Shown piece after piece: positions 1-13,100 of a DNA stretch of 49,556 nt. Source of the stretch: Nemertoderma westbladi (lineage: Eukaryota; Animalia; Xenacoelomorpha). The notes beneath the pieces are model-generated. The model was given only the letters and a program-made list of their open reading frames with translations. It searched no databases and was not told the origin of the DNA. The position numbers and the translations under genes are program-made. Positions within the stretch are counted from its first letter, which is position 1. Every line of letters begins with the position of its first letter. The stretch spans positions 1 to 49,556 of the forward strand of contig JAUCBJ010005925.1 in assembly GCA_032718475.1 (NCBI GenBank), given 5' to 3'.

Positions 1-11
1 CCGGTAAGTGT

Positions 12-114
12 GTATATACGATATAGAAAACGGTACTGCCTGACTGGTGGTATATACGATATAGAAAACGGTACTGCCTGACTGGTGGTATATACGATGT
101 AGAAAAACGGTACT
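12..114. repeat. 38-bp tandem repeat, ~2.7 copies
   Basis: GTATATACGATATAGAAAACGGTACTGCCTGACTGGTG repeated directly after a CG|GTAAGT donor-like site at 4-9. Confidence 0.9.
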
Positions 115-467
115 TGGAGTAATTTAAACTTAACTGGGGGTAATTAATTGTATACCAATACCGGTAGGCCTACAGTAAAAAGAAAGGAAAAGGGAGTAAA
201 TCTGAAATCTCCAATATAGGACAAAACGACAAAAATATATTATAGTTTCCATTAACTGATCAAGGCTAGAAAAGCAAAACATAGTATATGTATGTGTATG
301 TACAGATATATATATTGTATGTTAAGTATGAACCTGTTTATTCAAAGCGACATCTTGGCGGCGGTAGTAGTACTAGTACATAGTACACTGCTGCATGATG
401 CAACAGAGGTACGAAGAACGTAAAAGATACTAGGAACCAGTATAGAATAGGCCAATTTGCCAAACGT

Positions 468-1118
468 CTACTCGCCTTTACGTAGACCTGAACCACGAAT
501 TAGAGTGCCGATGTCCACATCGCTGTGGATTGGCACAGGTTTGACACCCTCCTGGGCCTTAGCCATGATGGTTCCATTGAATGTATATGCCGAGTGAAGC
601 AGACCATTCCGTTTGTGCTCCTTTAAAGTACTGAGTAGAGTGGCACGTCTTTTCGTCAGATGTTCGGTAATAAAGAGGCCGTTTGATGCAACCGAACCCT
701 TGTTTTTCATAACATGGATTTTCTTTGCCTGGGACAGAAGACAGACTAGAACGGGTCGCGATTTGCCATGGTCATTCTTCTTTACCCCGAAACGATGAGA
801 GATATCTATGTCAGAAGGCTGCAACCCGAGATCGTGAAGAACTGGATGGATGGTGATCTTTATTCTCTGGCAGAGCGTGAATCAGGAAATTGGACCTTCG
901 AGAGAACTGATCGAGGTCATCGAACTTTGTATCAAATGTGGCTAATCTAGACTTAAGCGAAGCCGCTTCTATCTCAAGTTGATCGACGCGAAGTAGTAAG
1001 GCGGACAGTTCCGACGTGTCTTTTTTGATGGACGATACTTCCTTCTTAAGGGTGGTGATATCGTTAATTACTTTCTTCAGGGGCGCAACCTCGGACTTGA
1101 GGAACGGAGTTAGGGAAG
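468..1118 (-). pseudogene. Frameshifted LINE ORF1 / L1TD1-like (Transposase_22-like coiled-coil + RRM + CTD) sequence
   Basis: Coiled coil followed by DDLDQFSRRSNFLIHALPE (ORF 811-1194), then in a second frame DIDISHRFG..SRPVLV..LFITEHLTKRRATLL..AYTFNGTI (ORF 468-824). These match the LEQYSRRxN / HR / RPI / I.E.LT motifs of this family. Frameshift near 855. Minus-strand AATAAA at ~337-342. No ORF2 follows. Confidence 0.8.
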
Positions 1119-4100
1119 CTGGTGGGTAAAGGAACGGAGTTAGGGAAGCTGATGAGTAAAGGAACGGAGTTAGGGAAGCTGGTAGGTAAAGCAACGGAGT
1201 TAGGGAAGCTGGTAAGTAAAGGAACGGAGTTAGGGAAGCTGATGAGTAAAGGAACGGAGTTAGGGAAGCTGGTGGGTAAAGGAACGGAGTTAGGGAAGCT
1301 GATGAGTAAAGGAACGGAGTTAGGGAAGCTGGTGGGTAAAGGAACGGAGTTAGGGAAGCTGGTGGGTAAAGAAACGGAGTTAGGGAAGCTGGTGGGTAAA
1401 GGAACGGAGTTAGGGAAGCTGATGAGTAAAGGAACGGAGTTAGGGAAGCTGGTGGGTAAAGGAACGGAGTTAGGGAAGCTGGTGGGTAAAGGAACGGAGT
1501 TAGGGAAGCTGGTGAGTAAAGGAACGGAGTTAGGGAAGCTGGTGAGTAAAGGAACGGAGTTAGGGAAGCTGGTGGGTAAAGGAACGGAGTTAGGGAAGCT
1601 GATGAGTAAAGGAACGGAGTTAGGGAAGCTGATGAGTAAAGGAACGGAGTTAGGGAAGCTGGTGGGTAAAGGAACGGAGTTAGGGAAGCTGGTGGGTAAA
1701 GGAACGGAGTTAGGGAAGCTGGTGGGTAAAGGAACGGAGTTAGGGAAGCTGGTGAGTAAAGGAACGGAGTTAGGGAAGCTGGTGAGTAAAGGAACGGAGT
1801 TAGGGAAGCTGGTGGGTAAAGGAACGGAGTTAGGGAAGCTGATGAGTAAAGGAACGGAGTTAGGGAAGCTGATGAGTAAAGGAACGGAGTTAGGGAAGCT
1901 GGTGGGTAAAGGAACGGAGTTAGGGAAGCTGGTGGGTAAAGGAACGGAGTTAGGGAAGCTGATGAGTAAAGGAACGGAGTTAGGGAAGCTGATGAGTAAA
2001 GGAACGGAGTTAGGGAAGCTGGTGGGTAAAGGAACGGAGTTAGGGAAGCTGGTGGGAAAAGGAACGGAGTTAGGGAAGCTGATGAGTAAAGGAACGGAGT
2101 TAGGGAAGCTGGTGAGTAAAGGAACGGAGTTAGGGAAGCTGGTGGGTAAAGGAACGGAGTTAGGGAAGCTGATGAGTAAAGGAACGGAGTTAGGGAAGCT
2201 GGTGGGTAAAGGAACGGAGTTAGGGAAGCTGGTGGGTAAAGGAACGGAGTTAGAGAAAGGTGGTGAGTAAAGGAACGGAGTTAGGGAAGCTGGTGAGTAA
2301 AGGAACGGAGTTAGGGAAGCTGGTGGGTAAAGGAACGGAGTTAGGGAAGCTGATGAGTAAAGGAACGGAGTTAGGGAAGCTGGTGGGTAAAGGAACGGAG
2401 TTAGGGAAGCTGATGAGTAAAGGAACGGAGTTAGGGAAGCTGGTGGGTAAAGGAACGGAGTTAGGGAAGCTGGTGGGTAAAGGAACGGAGTTAGGGAAGC
2501 TGGTGGGTAAAGGAACGGAGTTAGGGAAGCTGGTGGGTAAAGGAACGGAGTTAGGGAAGCTGGTGGGTAAAGGAACGGAGTTAGGGAAGCTGGTGGGTAA
2601 AGGAACGGAGTTAGGGAAGCTGATGAGTAAAGGAACGGAGTTAGGGAAGCTGGTGGGTAAAGGAACGGAGTTAGGGAAGCTGATGAGTAAAGGAACGGAG
2701 TTAGGGAAGCTGGTGGGTAAAGGAACGGAGTTAGGGAAGCTGGTGAGTAAAGGAACGGAGTTAGGGAAGCTGGTGAGTAAAGGAACGGAGTTAGGGAAGC
2801 TGATGAGTAAAGGAACGGAGTTAGGGAAGCTGGTGGGTAAAGGAACGGAGTTAGGGAAGCTGATGAGTAAAGGAACGGAGTTAGGGAAGCTGGTGGGTAA
2901 AGGAACGGAGTTAGGGAAGCTGGTAAGTAAAGGAATGGAGTTAGGGAAGCTGGTGAGTAAAGGAACGGAGTTAGGGAAGCTGGTAAGTAAAGGAATGGAG
3001 TTAGGGAAGCTGGTGAGTAAAGGAACGGAGTTAGGGAAGCTGATGAGTAAAGGAACGGAGTTAGGGAAGCTGGTGGGTAAAGCAACGGAGTTAGGGAAGC
3101 TGGTAAGTAAAGGAACGGAGTTAGGGAAGCTGATGAGTAAAGGAACGGAGTTAGGGAAGCTGATGAGTAAAGGAACGGAGTTAGGGAAGCTGGTGGGTAA
3201 AGGAACGGAGTTAGGGAAGCTGGTAAGTAAAGGAATGGAGTTAGGGAAGCTGATGAGTAAAGGAACGGAGTTAGGGAAGCTGGTGGGTAAAGGAACGGAG
3301 TTAGGGAAGCTGGTGAGTAAAGGAACGGAGTTAGGGAAGCTGGTGGGTAAAGGAACGGAGTTAGGGAAGCTGGTGAGTAAAGGAACGGAGTTAGGGAAGC
3401 TGGTGAGTAAAGGAACGGAGTTAGGGAAGCTGGTGAGTAAAGGAACGGAGTTAGGGAAGCTGGTGAGTAAAGGAACGGAGTTAGGGAAGCTGGTGAGTAA
3501 AGGAACGGAGTTAGGGAAGCTGGTGGGTAAAGGAACGGAGTTAGGGAAGCTGGTGAGTAAAGGAACGGAGTTAGGGAAGCTGGTGAGTAAAGGAACGGAG
3601 TTAGGGAAGCTGATGAGTAAAGGAACGGAGTTAGGGAAGCTGGTGGGTAAAGGAACGGAGTTAGGGAAGCTGATGAGTAAAGGAACGGAGTTAGGGAAGC
3701 TGGTGGGTAAAGGAACGGAGTTAGGGAAGCTGGTAAGTAAAGGAATGGAGTTAGGGAAGCTGGTGAGTAAAGGAACGGAGTTAGGGAAGCTGGTAAGTAA
3801 AGGAATGGAGTTAGGGAAGCTGGTGAGTAAAGGAACGGAGTTAGGGAAGCTGATGAGTAAAGGAACGGAGTTAGGGAAGCTGGTGGGTAAAGCAACGGAG
3901 TTAGGGAAGCTGGTAAGTAAAGGAACGGAGTTAGGGAAGCTGATGAGTAAAGGAACGGAGTTAGGGAAGCTGATGAGTAAAGGAACGGAGTTAGGGAAGC
4001 TGGTGGGTAAAGGAACGGAGTTAGGGAAGCTGGTAAGTAAAGGAATGGAGTTAGGGAAGCTGGTGAGTAAAGGAACGGAGTTAGGGAAGCTGATGAGTAA

Positions 4101-7100
4101 AGGAACGGAGTTAGGGAAGCTGGTGGGTAAAGGAACGGAGTTAGGGAAGCTGATGAGTAAAGGAACGGAGTTAGGGAAGCTGGTAAGTAAAGGAACGGAG
4201 TTAGGGAAGCTGGTAAGTAAAGGAACGGAGTTAGGGAAGCTGATGAGTAAAGGAACGGAGTTAGGGAAGCTGATGAGTAAAGGAACGGAGTTAGGGAAGC
4301 TGATGAGTAAAGGAACGGAGTTAGGGAAGCTGGTGGGTAAAGGAACGGAGTTAGGGAAGCTGATGAGTAAAGGAATGGAGTTAGGGAAGCTGATGAGTAA
4401 AGGAACGGAGTTAGGGAAGCTGGTAAGTAAAGGAACGGAGTTAGGGAAGCTGGTAAGAAAATGAACGGAGTTAGGGAAGCTGGTGAGTAAAGGAACGGAG
4501 TTAGGGAAGCTGATGAGTAAAGGAACGGAGTTAGGGAAGCTGATGAGTAAAGGAACGGAGTTAGGGAAGCTGGTAAGTAAAGGAACGGAGTTAGGGAAGC
4601 TGGTAAGAAAATGAACGGAGTTAGGGAAGCTGGTGAGTAAAGGAACGGAGTTAGGGAAGCTGGTGGGTAAAGGAACGGAGTTAGGGAAGCTGATGAGTAA
4701 AGGAACGGAGTTAGGGAAGCTGGTGGGTAAAGGAACGGAGTTAGGGAAGCTGATGAGTAAAGGAATGGAGTTAGGGAAGCTGATGAGTAAAGGAACGGAG
4801 TTAGGGAAGCTGGTGGGTAAAGGAACGGAGTTAGGGAAGCTGATGAGTAAAGGAATGGAGTTAGGGAAGCTGATGAGTAAAGGAACGGAGTTAGGGAAGC
4901 TGATGAGTAAAGGAACGGAGTTAGGGAAGCTGGTAAGTAAAGGAACGGAGTTAGGGAAGCTGATGAGTAAAGGAACGGAGTTAGGGAAGCTGATGAGTAA
5001 AGGAACGGAGTTAGGGAAGCTGGTGGGTAAAGGAACGGAGTTAGGGAAGCTGGTAAGTAAAGGAACGGAGTTAGGGAAGCTGGTAAGTTAAGGAACGGAG
5101 TTAGGGAAGCTGATGAGTAAAGGAACGGAGTTAGGGAAGCTGATGAGTAAAGGAATGGAGTTAGGGAAGCTGATGAGTAAAGGAACGGAGTTAGGGAAGC
5201 TGATGAGTAAAGGAACGGAGTTAGGGAAGCTGGTGGGTAAAGGAACGGAGTTAGGGAAGCTGATGAGTAAAGGAACGGAGTTAGGGAAGCTGGTGGGTAA
5301 AGGAACGGAGTTAGGGAAGCTGATGAGTAAAGGAACGGAGTTAGGGAAGCTGGTGGGTAAAGGAACGGAGTTAGGGAAGCTGGTGAGTAAAGGAAGGAAG
5401 TTAGGGAAGCTGGTAAGTAAAGGAACGGAGTTAGGGAAGCTGGTAAGTAAAGGAACGGAGTTAGGGAAGCTGGTAAGTAAAGGAACGGAGTTAGGGAAGC
5501 TGATGAGTAAAGGAACGGAGTTAGGGAAGCTGGTGAGTAAAGGAAGGAAGTTAGGGAAGCTGGTGAGTAAAGGAACGGAGTTAGGGAAGCTGGTGAGTAA
5601 AGGAAGGAAGTTAGGGAAGCTGGTAAGTAAAGGAACGGAGTTAGGGAAGCTGGTAAGTAAAGGAACGGAGTTAGGGAAGCTGGTAAGTAAAGGAACGGAG
5701 TTAGGGAAGCTGATGAGTAAAGGAACGGAGTTAGGGAAGCTGGTGGGTAAAGGAACGGAGTTAGGGAAGCTGGTGAGTAAAGGAAGGAAGTTAGGGAAGC
5801 TGATGAGTAAAGGAACGGAGTTAGGGAAGCTGGTGGGTAAAGGAACGGAGTTAGGGAAGCTGATGAGTAAAGGAACGGAGTTAGGGAAGCTGATGAGTAA
5901 AGGAACGGAGTTAGGGAAGCTGGTAAGTAAAGGAACGGAGTTAGGGAAGCTGGTGGGTAAAGGAACGGAGTTAGGGAAGCTGATGAGTAAAGGAACGGAG
6001 TTAGGGAAGCTGATGAGTAAAGGAAGGAAGTTAGGGAAGCTGATGAGTAAAGGAACGGAGTTAGGGAAGCTGGTAGGTAAAGGAACGGAGTTAGGGAAGC
6101 TGATGAGTAAAGGAACGGAGTTAGGGAAGCTGGTGAGTAAAGGAAGGAAGTTAGGGAAGCTGGTGAGTAAAGGAACGGAGTTAGGGAAGCTGGTGAGTAA
6201 AGGAACGGAGTTAGGGAAGCTGGTGAGTAAAGGAACGGAGTTAGGGAAGCTGGTGAGTAAAGGAACGGAGTTAGGGAAGCTGGTGAGTAAAGGAAGGAAG
6301 TTAGGGAAGCTGATGAGTAAAGGAACGGAGTTAGGGAAGCTGGTGAGTAAAGGAACGGAGTTAGGGAAGCTGATGAGTAAAGGAACGGAGTTAGGGAAGC
6401 TGGTAAGTAAAGGAACGGAGTTAGGGAAGCTGGTGGGTAAAGGAACGGAGTTAGGGAAGCTGATGAGTGAAGGAACGGAGTTAGGGAAGCTGGTAAGTAA
6501 AGGAACGGAGTTAGGGAAGCTGATGAGTAAAGGAACGGAGTTAGGGAAGCTGGTAAGTAAAGGAACGGAGTTAGGGAAGCTGGTGGGTAAAGGAACGGAG
6601 TTAGGGAAGCTGATGAGTAAAGGAACGGAGTTAGGGAAGCTGATGAGTAAAGGAAGGAAGTTAGGGAAGCTGGTGAGTAAAGGAACGGAGTTAGGGAAGC
6701 TGGTGAGTGAAGGAACGGAGTTAGGGAAGCTGGTGAGTAAAGGAACGGAGTTAGGGAAGCTGGTAAGTAAAGGAACGGAGTTAGGGAAGGTGGTGAGTAA
6801 AGGAACGGAGTTAGGTAAGCTGGTAAGTAAAGGAACGGAGTTAGGGAAGCTGGTGAGTAAAGGAACGGAGTTAGGGAAGCTGGTGAGTAAAGGAACGGAG
6901 TTAGGGAAGCTGGTAAGTAAAGGAATGGAGTTAGGGAAGCTGGTAGGTAAAGGAACGGAGTTAGGGAAGCTGGTGGGTAAAGGAACGGAGTTAGGGAAGC
7001 TGGTGGGTAAAGGAACGGAGTTAGGGAAGCTGGTAAGTAAAGGAACGGAGTTAGGGAAGCTGGTGGGTAAAGGAACGGAGTTAGGGAAGCTGATGAGTAA

Positions 7101-10100
7101 AGGAACGGAGTTAGGGAAGCTGATGAGTAAAGGAAGGAAGTTAGGGAAGCTGGTGAGTAAAGGAACGGAGTTAGGGAAGCTGGTGAGTGAAGGAACGGAG
7201 TTAGGGAAGCTGGTGAGTAAAGGAACGGAGTTAGGGAAGCTGGTAAGTAAAGGAATGGAGTTAGGGAAGCTGGTGAGTAAAGGAACGGAGTTAGGGAAGC
7301 TGGTAAGTAAAGGAATGGAGTTAGGGAAGCTGGTAAGTAAAGGAATGGAGTTAGGGAAGCTGGTAGGTAAAGGAATGGAGTTAGGGAAGCTGGTGAGTAA
7401 AGGAACGGAGTTAGGGAAGCTGGTAAGTAAAGGAATGGAGTTAGGGAAGCTGGTAAGTAAAGGAACGGAGTTAGGGAAGCTGGTGAGTAAAGGAACGGAG
7501 TTAGGGAAGCTGGTAAGTAAAGGAATGGAGTTAGGGAAGCTGGTAGGTAAAGGAACGGAGTTAGGGAAGCTGGTGGGTAAAGGAACGGAGTTAGGGAAGC
7601 TGGTGGGTAAAGGAACGGAGTTAGGGAAGCTGGTGAGTAAAGGAACGGAGTTAGGGAAGCTGGTGAGTAAAGGAACGGAGTTAGGGAAGCTGGTAAGTAA
7701 AGGAATGGAGTTAGGGAAGCTGGTAGGTAAAGGAACGGAGTTAGGGAAGCTGGTGGGTAAAGGAACGGAGTTAGGGAAGCTGGTGGGTAAAGGAACGGAG
7801 TTAGGGAAGCTGATGAGTAAAGGAACGGAGTTAGGGAAGCTGGTGGGTAAAGGAACGGAGTTAGGGAAGCTGGTGGGTAAAGGAACGGAGTTAGGGAAGC
7901 TGATGAGTAAAGGAACGGAGTTAGGGAAGCTGATGAGTAAAGGAACGGAGTTAGGGAAGCTGGTAAGTAAAGGAACGGAGTTAGGGAAGCTGGTGGGTAA
8001 AGGAACGGAGTTAGGGAAGCTGATGAGTAAAGGAACGGAGTTAGGGAAGCTGATGAGTAAAGGAAGGAAGTTAGGGAAGCTGGTGAGTAAAGGAACGGAG
8101 TTAGGGAAGCTGGTGAGTGAAGGAACGGAGTTAGGGAAGCTGGTGAGTAAAGGAACGGAGTTAGGGAAGCTGATGAGTAAAGGAACGGAGTTAGGGAAGC
8201 TGGTGAGTAAAGGAAGGAAGTTAGGGAAGCTGGTGAGTAAAGGAACGGAGTTAGGGAAGCTGGTGAGTAAAGGAACGGAGTTAGGGAAGCTGGTGAGTAA
8301 AGGAACGGAGTTAGGGAAGCTGGTGAGTAAAGGAACGGAGTTAGGGAAGCTGGTGAGTAAAGGAAGGAAGTTAGGGAAGCTGATGAGTAAAGGAACGGAG
8401 TTAGGGAAGCTGGTGAGTAAAGGAACGGAGTTAGGGAAGCTGGTGAGTAAAGGAACGGAGTTAGGGAAGCTGGTGAGTAAAGGAACGGAGTTAGGGAAGC
8501 TGGTGAGTAAAGGAACGGAGTTAGGGAAGCTGGTGGGTAAAGGAACGGAGTTAGGGAAGCTGATGAGTAAAGGAACGGAGTTAGGGAAGCTGATGAGTAA
8601 AGGAACGGAGTTAGGGAAGCTGATGAGTAAAGGAACGGAGTTAGGGAAGCTGATGAGTAAAGGAACGGAGTTAGGGAAGCTGGTAAGTAAAGGAACGGAG
8701 TTAGGGAAGCTGGTGGGTAAAGGAACGGAGTTAGGGAAGCTGATGAGTAAAGGAACGGAGTTAGGGAAGCTGATGAGTAAAGGAAGGAAGTTAGGGAAGC
8801 TGGTGAGTAAAGGAACGGAGTTAGGGAAGCTGGTGGGTAAAGGAACGGAGTTAGGGAAGCTGGTGGGTAAAGGAACGGAGTTAGGGAAGCTGATGAGTAA
8901 AGGAACGGAGTTAGGGAAGCTGATGAGTAAAGGAAGGAAGTTAGGGAAGCTGGTGAGTAAAGGAACGGAGTTAGGGAAGCTGGTGGGTAAAGGAACGGAG
9001 TTAGGGAAGCTGATGAGTAAAGGAACGGAGTTAGGGAAGCTGGTGGGTAAAGGAACGGAGTTAGGGAAGCTGATGAGTGAAGGAACGGAGTTAGGGAAGC
9101 TGGTGAGTAAAGGAACGGAGTTAGGGAAGCTGGTGGGTAAAGGAACGGAGTTAGGGAAGCTGATGAGTAAAGGAACGGAGTTAGGGAAGCTGATGAGTAA
9201 AGGAACGGAGTTAGGGAAGCTGATGAGTAAAGGAACGGAGTTAGGGAAGCTGATGAGTAAAGGAAGGAAGTTAGGGAAGCTGGTGAGTAAAGGAACGGAG
9301 TTAGGGAAGCTGGTGGGTAAAGGAACGGAGTTAGGGAAGCTGGTGGGTAAAGGAACGGAGTTAGGGAAGCTGATGAGTAAAGGAACGGAGTTAGGGAAGC
9401 TGGTGGGTAAAGGAACGGAGTTAGGGAAGCTGGTGGGTAAAGGAACGGAGTTAGGGAAGCTGATGAGTAAAGGAACGGAGTTAGGGAAGCTGGTGGGTAA
9501 AGGAACGGAGTTAGGGAAGCTGGTGAGTAAAGGAACGGAGTTAGGGAAGCTGATGAGTAAAGGAACGGAGTTAGGGAAGCTGATGAGTAAAGGAACGGAG
9601 TTAGGGAAGCTGATGAGTAAAGGAACGGAGTTAGGGAAGCTGGTAAGTAAAGGAACGGAGTTAGGGAAGCTGGTGGGTAAAGGAACGGAGTTAGGGAAGC
9701 TGATGAGTAAAGGAACGGAGTTAGGGAAGCTGATGAGTAAAGGAACAGAGTTAGGGAAGCTGGTGGGTAAAGGAACGGAGTTAGGGAAGCTGATGAGTAA
9801 AGGAACGGAGTTAGGGAAGCTGGTGAGTAAAGGAACGGAGTTAGGGAAGCTGGTGGGTAAAGGAACGGAGTTAGGGAAGCTGATGAGTAAAGGAACGGAG
9901 TTAGGGAAGCTGATGAGTAAAGGAACGGAGTTAGGGAAGCTGGTGGGTAAAGGAACGGAGTTAGGGAAGCTGATGAGTAAAGGAACGGAGTTAGGGAAGC
10001 TGGTGAGTAAAGGAACGGAGTTAGGGAAGCTGATGAGTAAAGGAACGGAGTTAGGGAAGCTGGTGAGTAAAGGAACGGAGTTAGGGAAGCTGGTGAGTAA

Positions 10101-13100
10101 AGGAACGGAGTTAGTAAAGGTGGTGAGAGAAGGAACGGAGTTAGGGAAGCTGGTGGGTAAAGGAACGGAGTTAGGGAAGCTGGTGGGTAAAGGAACGGAG
10201 TTAGGGAAGCTGATGAGTAAAGGAACGGAGTTAGGGAAGCTGGTGGGTAAAGGAACGGAGTTAGGGAAGCTGGTGGGTAAAGAAACGGAGATAGGGAAGC
10301 TGGTGAGTAAAGGAACGGAGTTAGGGAAGCTGGTGAGTAAAGGAACGGAGTTAGGGAAGCTGGTGAGTAAAGGAACGGAGTTAGGGAAGCTGGTAAGTAA
10401 AGGAATGGAGTTAGGGAAGCTGGTGGGTAAAGGAACGGAGTTAGGGAAGCTGGTAGGTAAAGGAACGGAGTTAGGGAAGCTGGTGAGTGAAGGAACGGAG
10501 TTAGGGAAGCTGGTGAGTAAAGGAACGGAGTTAGGGAAGCTGGTGAGTAAAGGAACGGAGTTAGGGAAGCTGGTGAGTGAAGGAACGGAGTTAGGGAAGC
10601 TGGTGAGTAAAGGAACGGAGTTAGGGAAGCTGATGAGTAAAGGAACGGAGTTAGGGAAGCTGATGAGTAAAGGAACGGAGTTAGGGAAGCTGGTGGGTAA
10701 AGGAACGGAGTTAGGGAAGCTGATGAGTAAAGGAACGGAGTTAGGGAAGCTGGTGGGTAAAGGAACGGAGTTAGGGAAGCTGGTGGGTAAAGGAACGGAG
10801 TTAGGGAAGCTGGTAAGTAAAGGAATGGAGTTAGGGAAGCTGGTGAGTAAAGGAACGGAGTTAGGGAAGCTGGAGAGTAAAGGAACGGAGTTAGGGATGC
10901 TGGTGAGTAAAGGGACGGAGTTAGGGAAGCTGGTGAGTAAAGGAACGGAGTTAGGGAAGCTGGTGAGTAAAGGAACGGAGTTAGGGAAGCTGGTAAGTAA
11001 AGGAACGTAGTTAGGGAAGCTGGTAAGTAAAGGAACGGAGTTAGGGAAGCTGGTGAGTAAAGGAACGGAGTTAGGGATGCTGGTGAGTAAAGGAACGGAG
11101 TTAGGGAAGCTGGTGGGTAAAGGAACGGAGTTAGGGAAGCTGGTGAGTAAAGGAACGGAGTTAGGGAAGCTGGTAAGTAAAGGAACGTAGTTAGGGAAGC
11201 TGGTAAGTAAAGGAACGTAGTTAGGGAAGCTGGTAAGTAAAGGAACGGAGTTAGGGAAGCTGGTGAGTAAAGGAACGGAGTTAGGGATGCTGGTGAGTAA
11301 AGGAACGGAGTTAGGGAAGCTGGTGGGTAAAGGAACGGAGTTAGGGAAGCTGGTGAGTAAAGGAACGGAGTTAGGGAAGCTGGTAAGTAAAGGAACGTAG
11401 TTAGGGAAGCTGGTAAGTAAAGGAACGGAGTTAGGGAAGCTGGTGAGTAAAGGAACGGAGTTAGGGAAGCTGGTGAGTAAAGGAACGGAGTTAGGGAAGC
11501 TGGTGAGTAAAGGAACGGAGTTAGGGAAGCTGGTAAGTAAAGGAACGTAGTTAGGGAAGCTGGTAAGTAAAGGAACGGAGTTAGGGAAGCTGGTGAGTAA
11601 AGGAACGGAGTTAGGGATGCTGGTGAGTAAAGGAACGGAGTTAGGGAAGCTGGTGGGTAAAGGAACGGAGTTAGGGAAGCTGATGAGTAAAGGAACGGAG
11701 TTAGGGAAGCTGGTGGGTAAAGGGACGGAGTTAGGGAAGCTGGTGAGTAAAGGAACGGAGTTAGGGAAGCTGGTGAGTAAAGGAACGGAGTTAGGGAAGC
11801 TGGTAAGTAAAGGAACGTAGTTAGGGAAGCTGGTAAGTAAAGGAACGGAGTTAGGGAAGCTGGTGAGTAAAGGAACGGAGTTAGGGAAGCTGGTAAGTAA
11901 AGGAACGGAGTTAGGGAAGGTGGTGAGTAAAGGAACGGAGTTAGGGAAGCTGGTGAGTAAAGGAACGGAGTTAGGGAAGGTGGTGAGTGAAGGAACGGAG
12001 TTAGGGAAGCTGGTGAGTAAAGGAACGGAGTTAGGGAAGCTGGTGAGTAAAGGAACGGAGTTAGGGAAGCTGGTGAGTAAAGGAACGGAGTTAGGGAAGC
12101 TGGTGAGTAAAGGAACGGAGTTAGGGAAGGTGGTGAGTAAAGGAACGGAGTTAGGGAAGCTGGTGAGTAAAGGAACGGAGTTAGGGAAGCTGGTGAGTAA
12201 AGGAACGGAGTTAGGGAAGCTGGTAAGTAAAGGAACGGAGTTAGGGAAGCTGGTGAGTAAAGGAACGGAGTTAGGGAAGCTGGTGAGTAAAGGAACGGAG
12301 TTAGGGAAGCGGTGAGTAAAGGAACGGAGTTAGGGAAGGTGGTGAGTAAAGGAACGGAGTTAGGGAAGCTGGTAAGTAAAGGAACGGAGTTAGGGAAGGT
12401 GGTGAGTAAAGGAACGGAGTTAGGGAAGCTGGTGAGTAAAGGAACGGAGTTAGGGAAGCTGGTGAGTAAAGGAACGGAGTTAGGGAAGCTGGTGAGTAAA
12501 GGAACGGAGTTAGGGAAGCTGGTGAGTAAAGGAACGGAGTTAGGGAAGCTGGTGAGTAAAGGAACGGAGTTAGGGAAGCTGGTGAGTAAAGGAACGGAGT
12601 TAGGGAAGCTGGTGAGTAAAGGAACGGAGTTAGGGAAGGTGGTGAGTAAAGGAACGGAGTTAGGGAAGCTGGTAAGTAAAGGAACGGAGTTAGGGAAGCT
12701 GGTGAGTAAAGGAACGGAGTTAGGGAAGCTGGTGAGTAAAGGAACGGAGTTAGGGAAGCTGGTGAGTGAAGAAACGGAGTTAGGGAAGCTGGTAAGTAAA
12801 GGAACGGAGTTAGGGAAGCTGGTGAGTGAAGAAACGGAGTTAGGGAAGCTGGTGAGTAAAGGAACGGAGTTAGGGAAGCTGGTGAGTAAAGGAATGGAGT
12901 TAGGGAAGCTGGTGAGTAAAGGAACGGAGTTAGGGAAGCTGGTGAGTAAAGGAACGGAGTTAGGGAAGCTGGTAAGTAAAGGAACGGAGTTAGGGAAGCT
13001 GGTGAGTGAAGGAACGGAGTTAGGGAAGCTGGTGAGTAAAGGAACGGAGTTAGGGAAGCTGGTGAGTAAAGGAACGAAGTTAGGGAAGCTGGTAGGTAAA

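Noticed and set aside
2260-2290. MVSKG resemblance to the GFP N-terminus
   Set aside because: A five-residue coincidence within the repeat, with no other GFP sequence.
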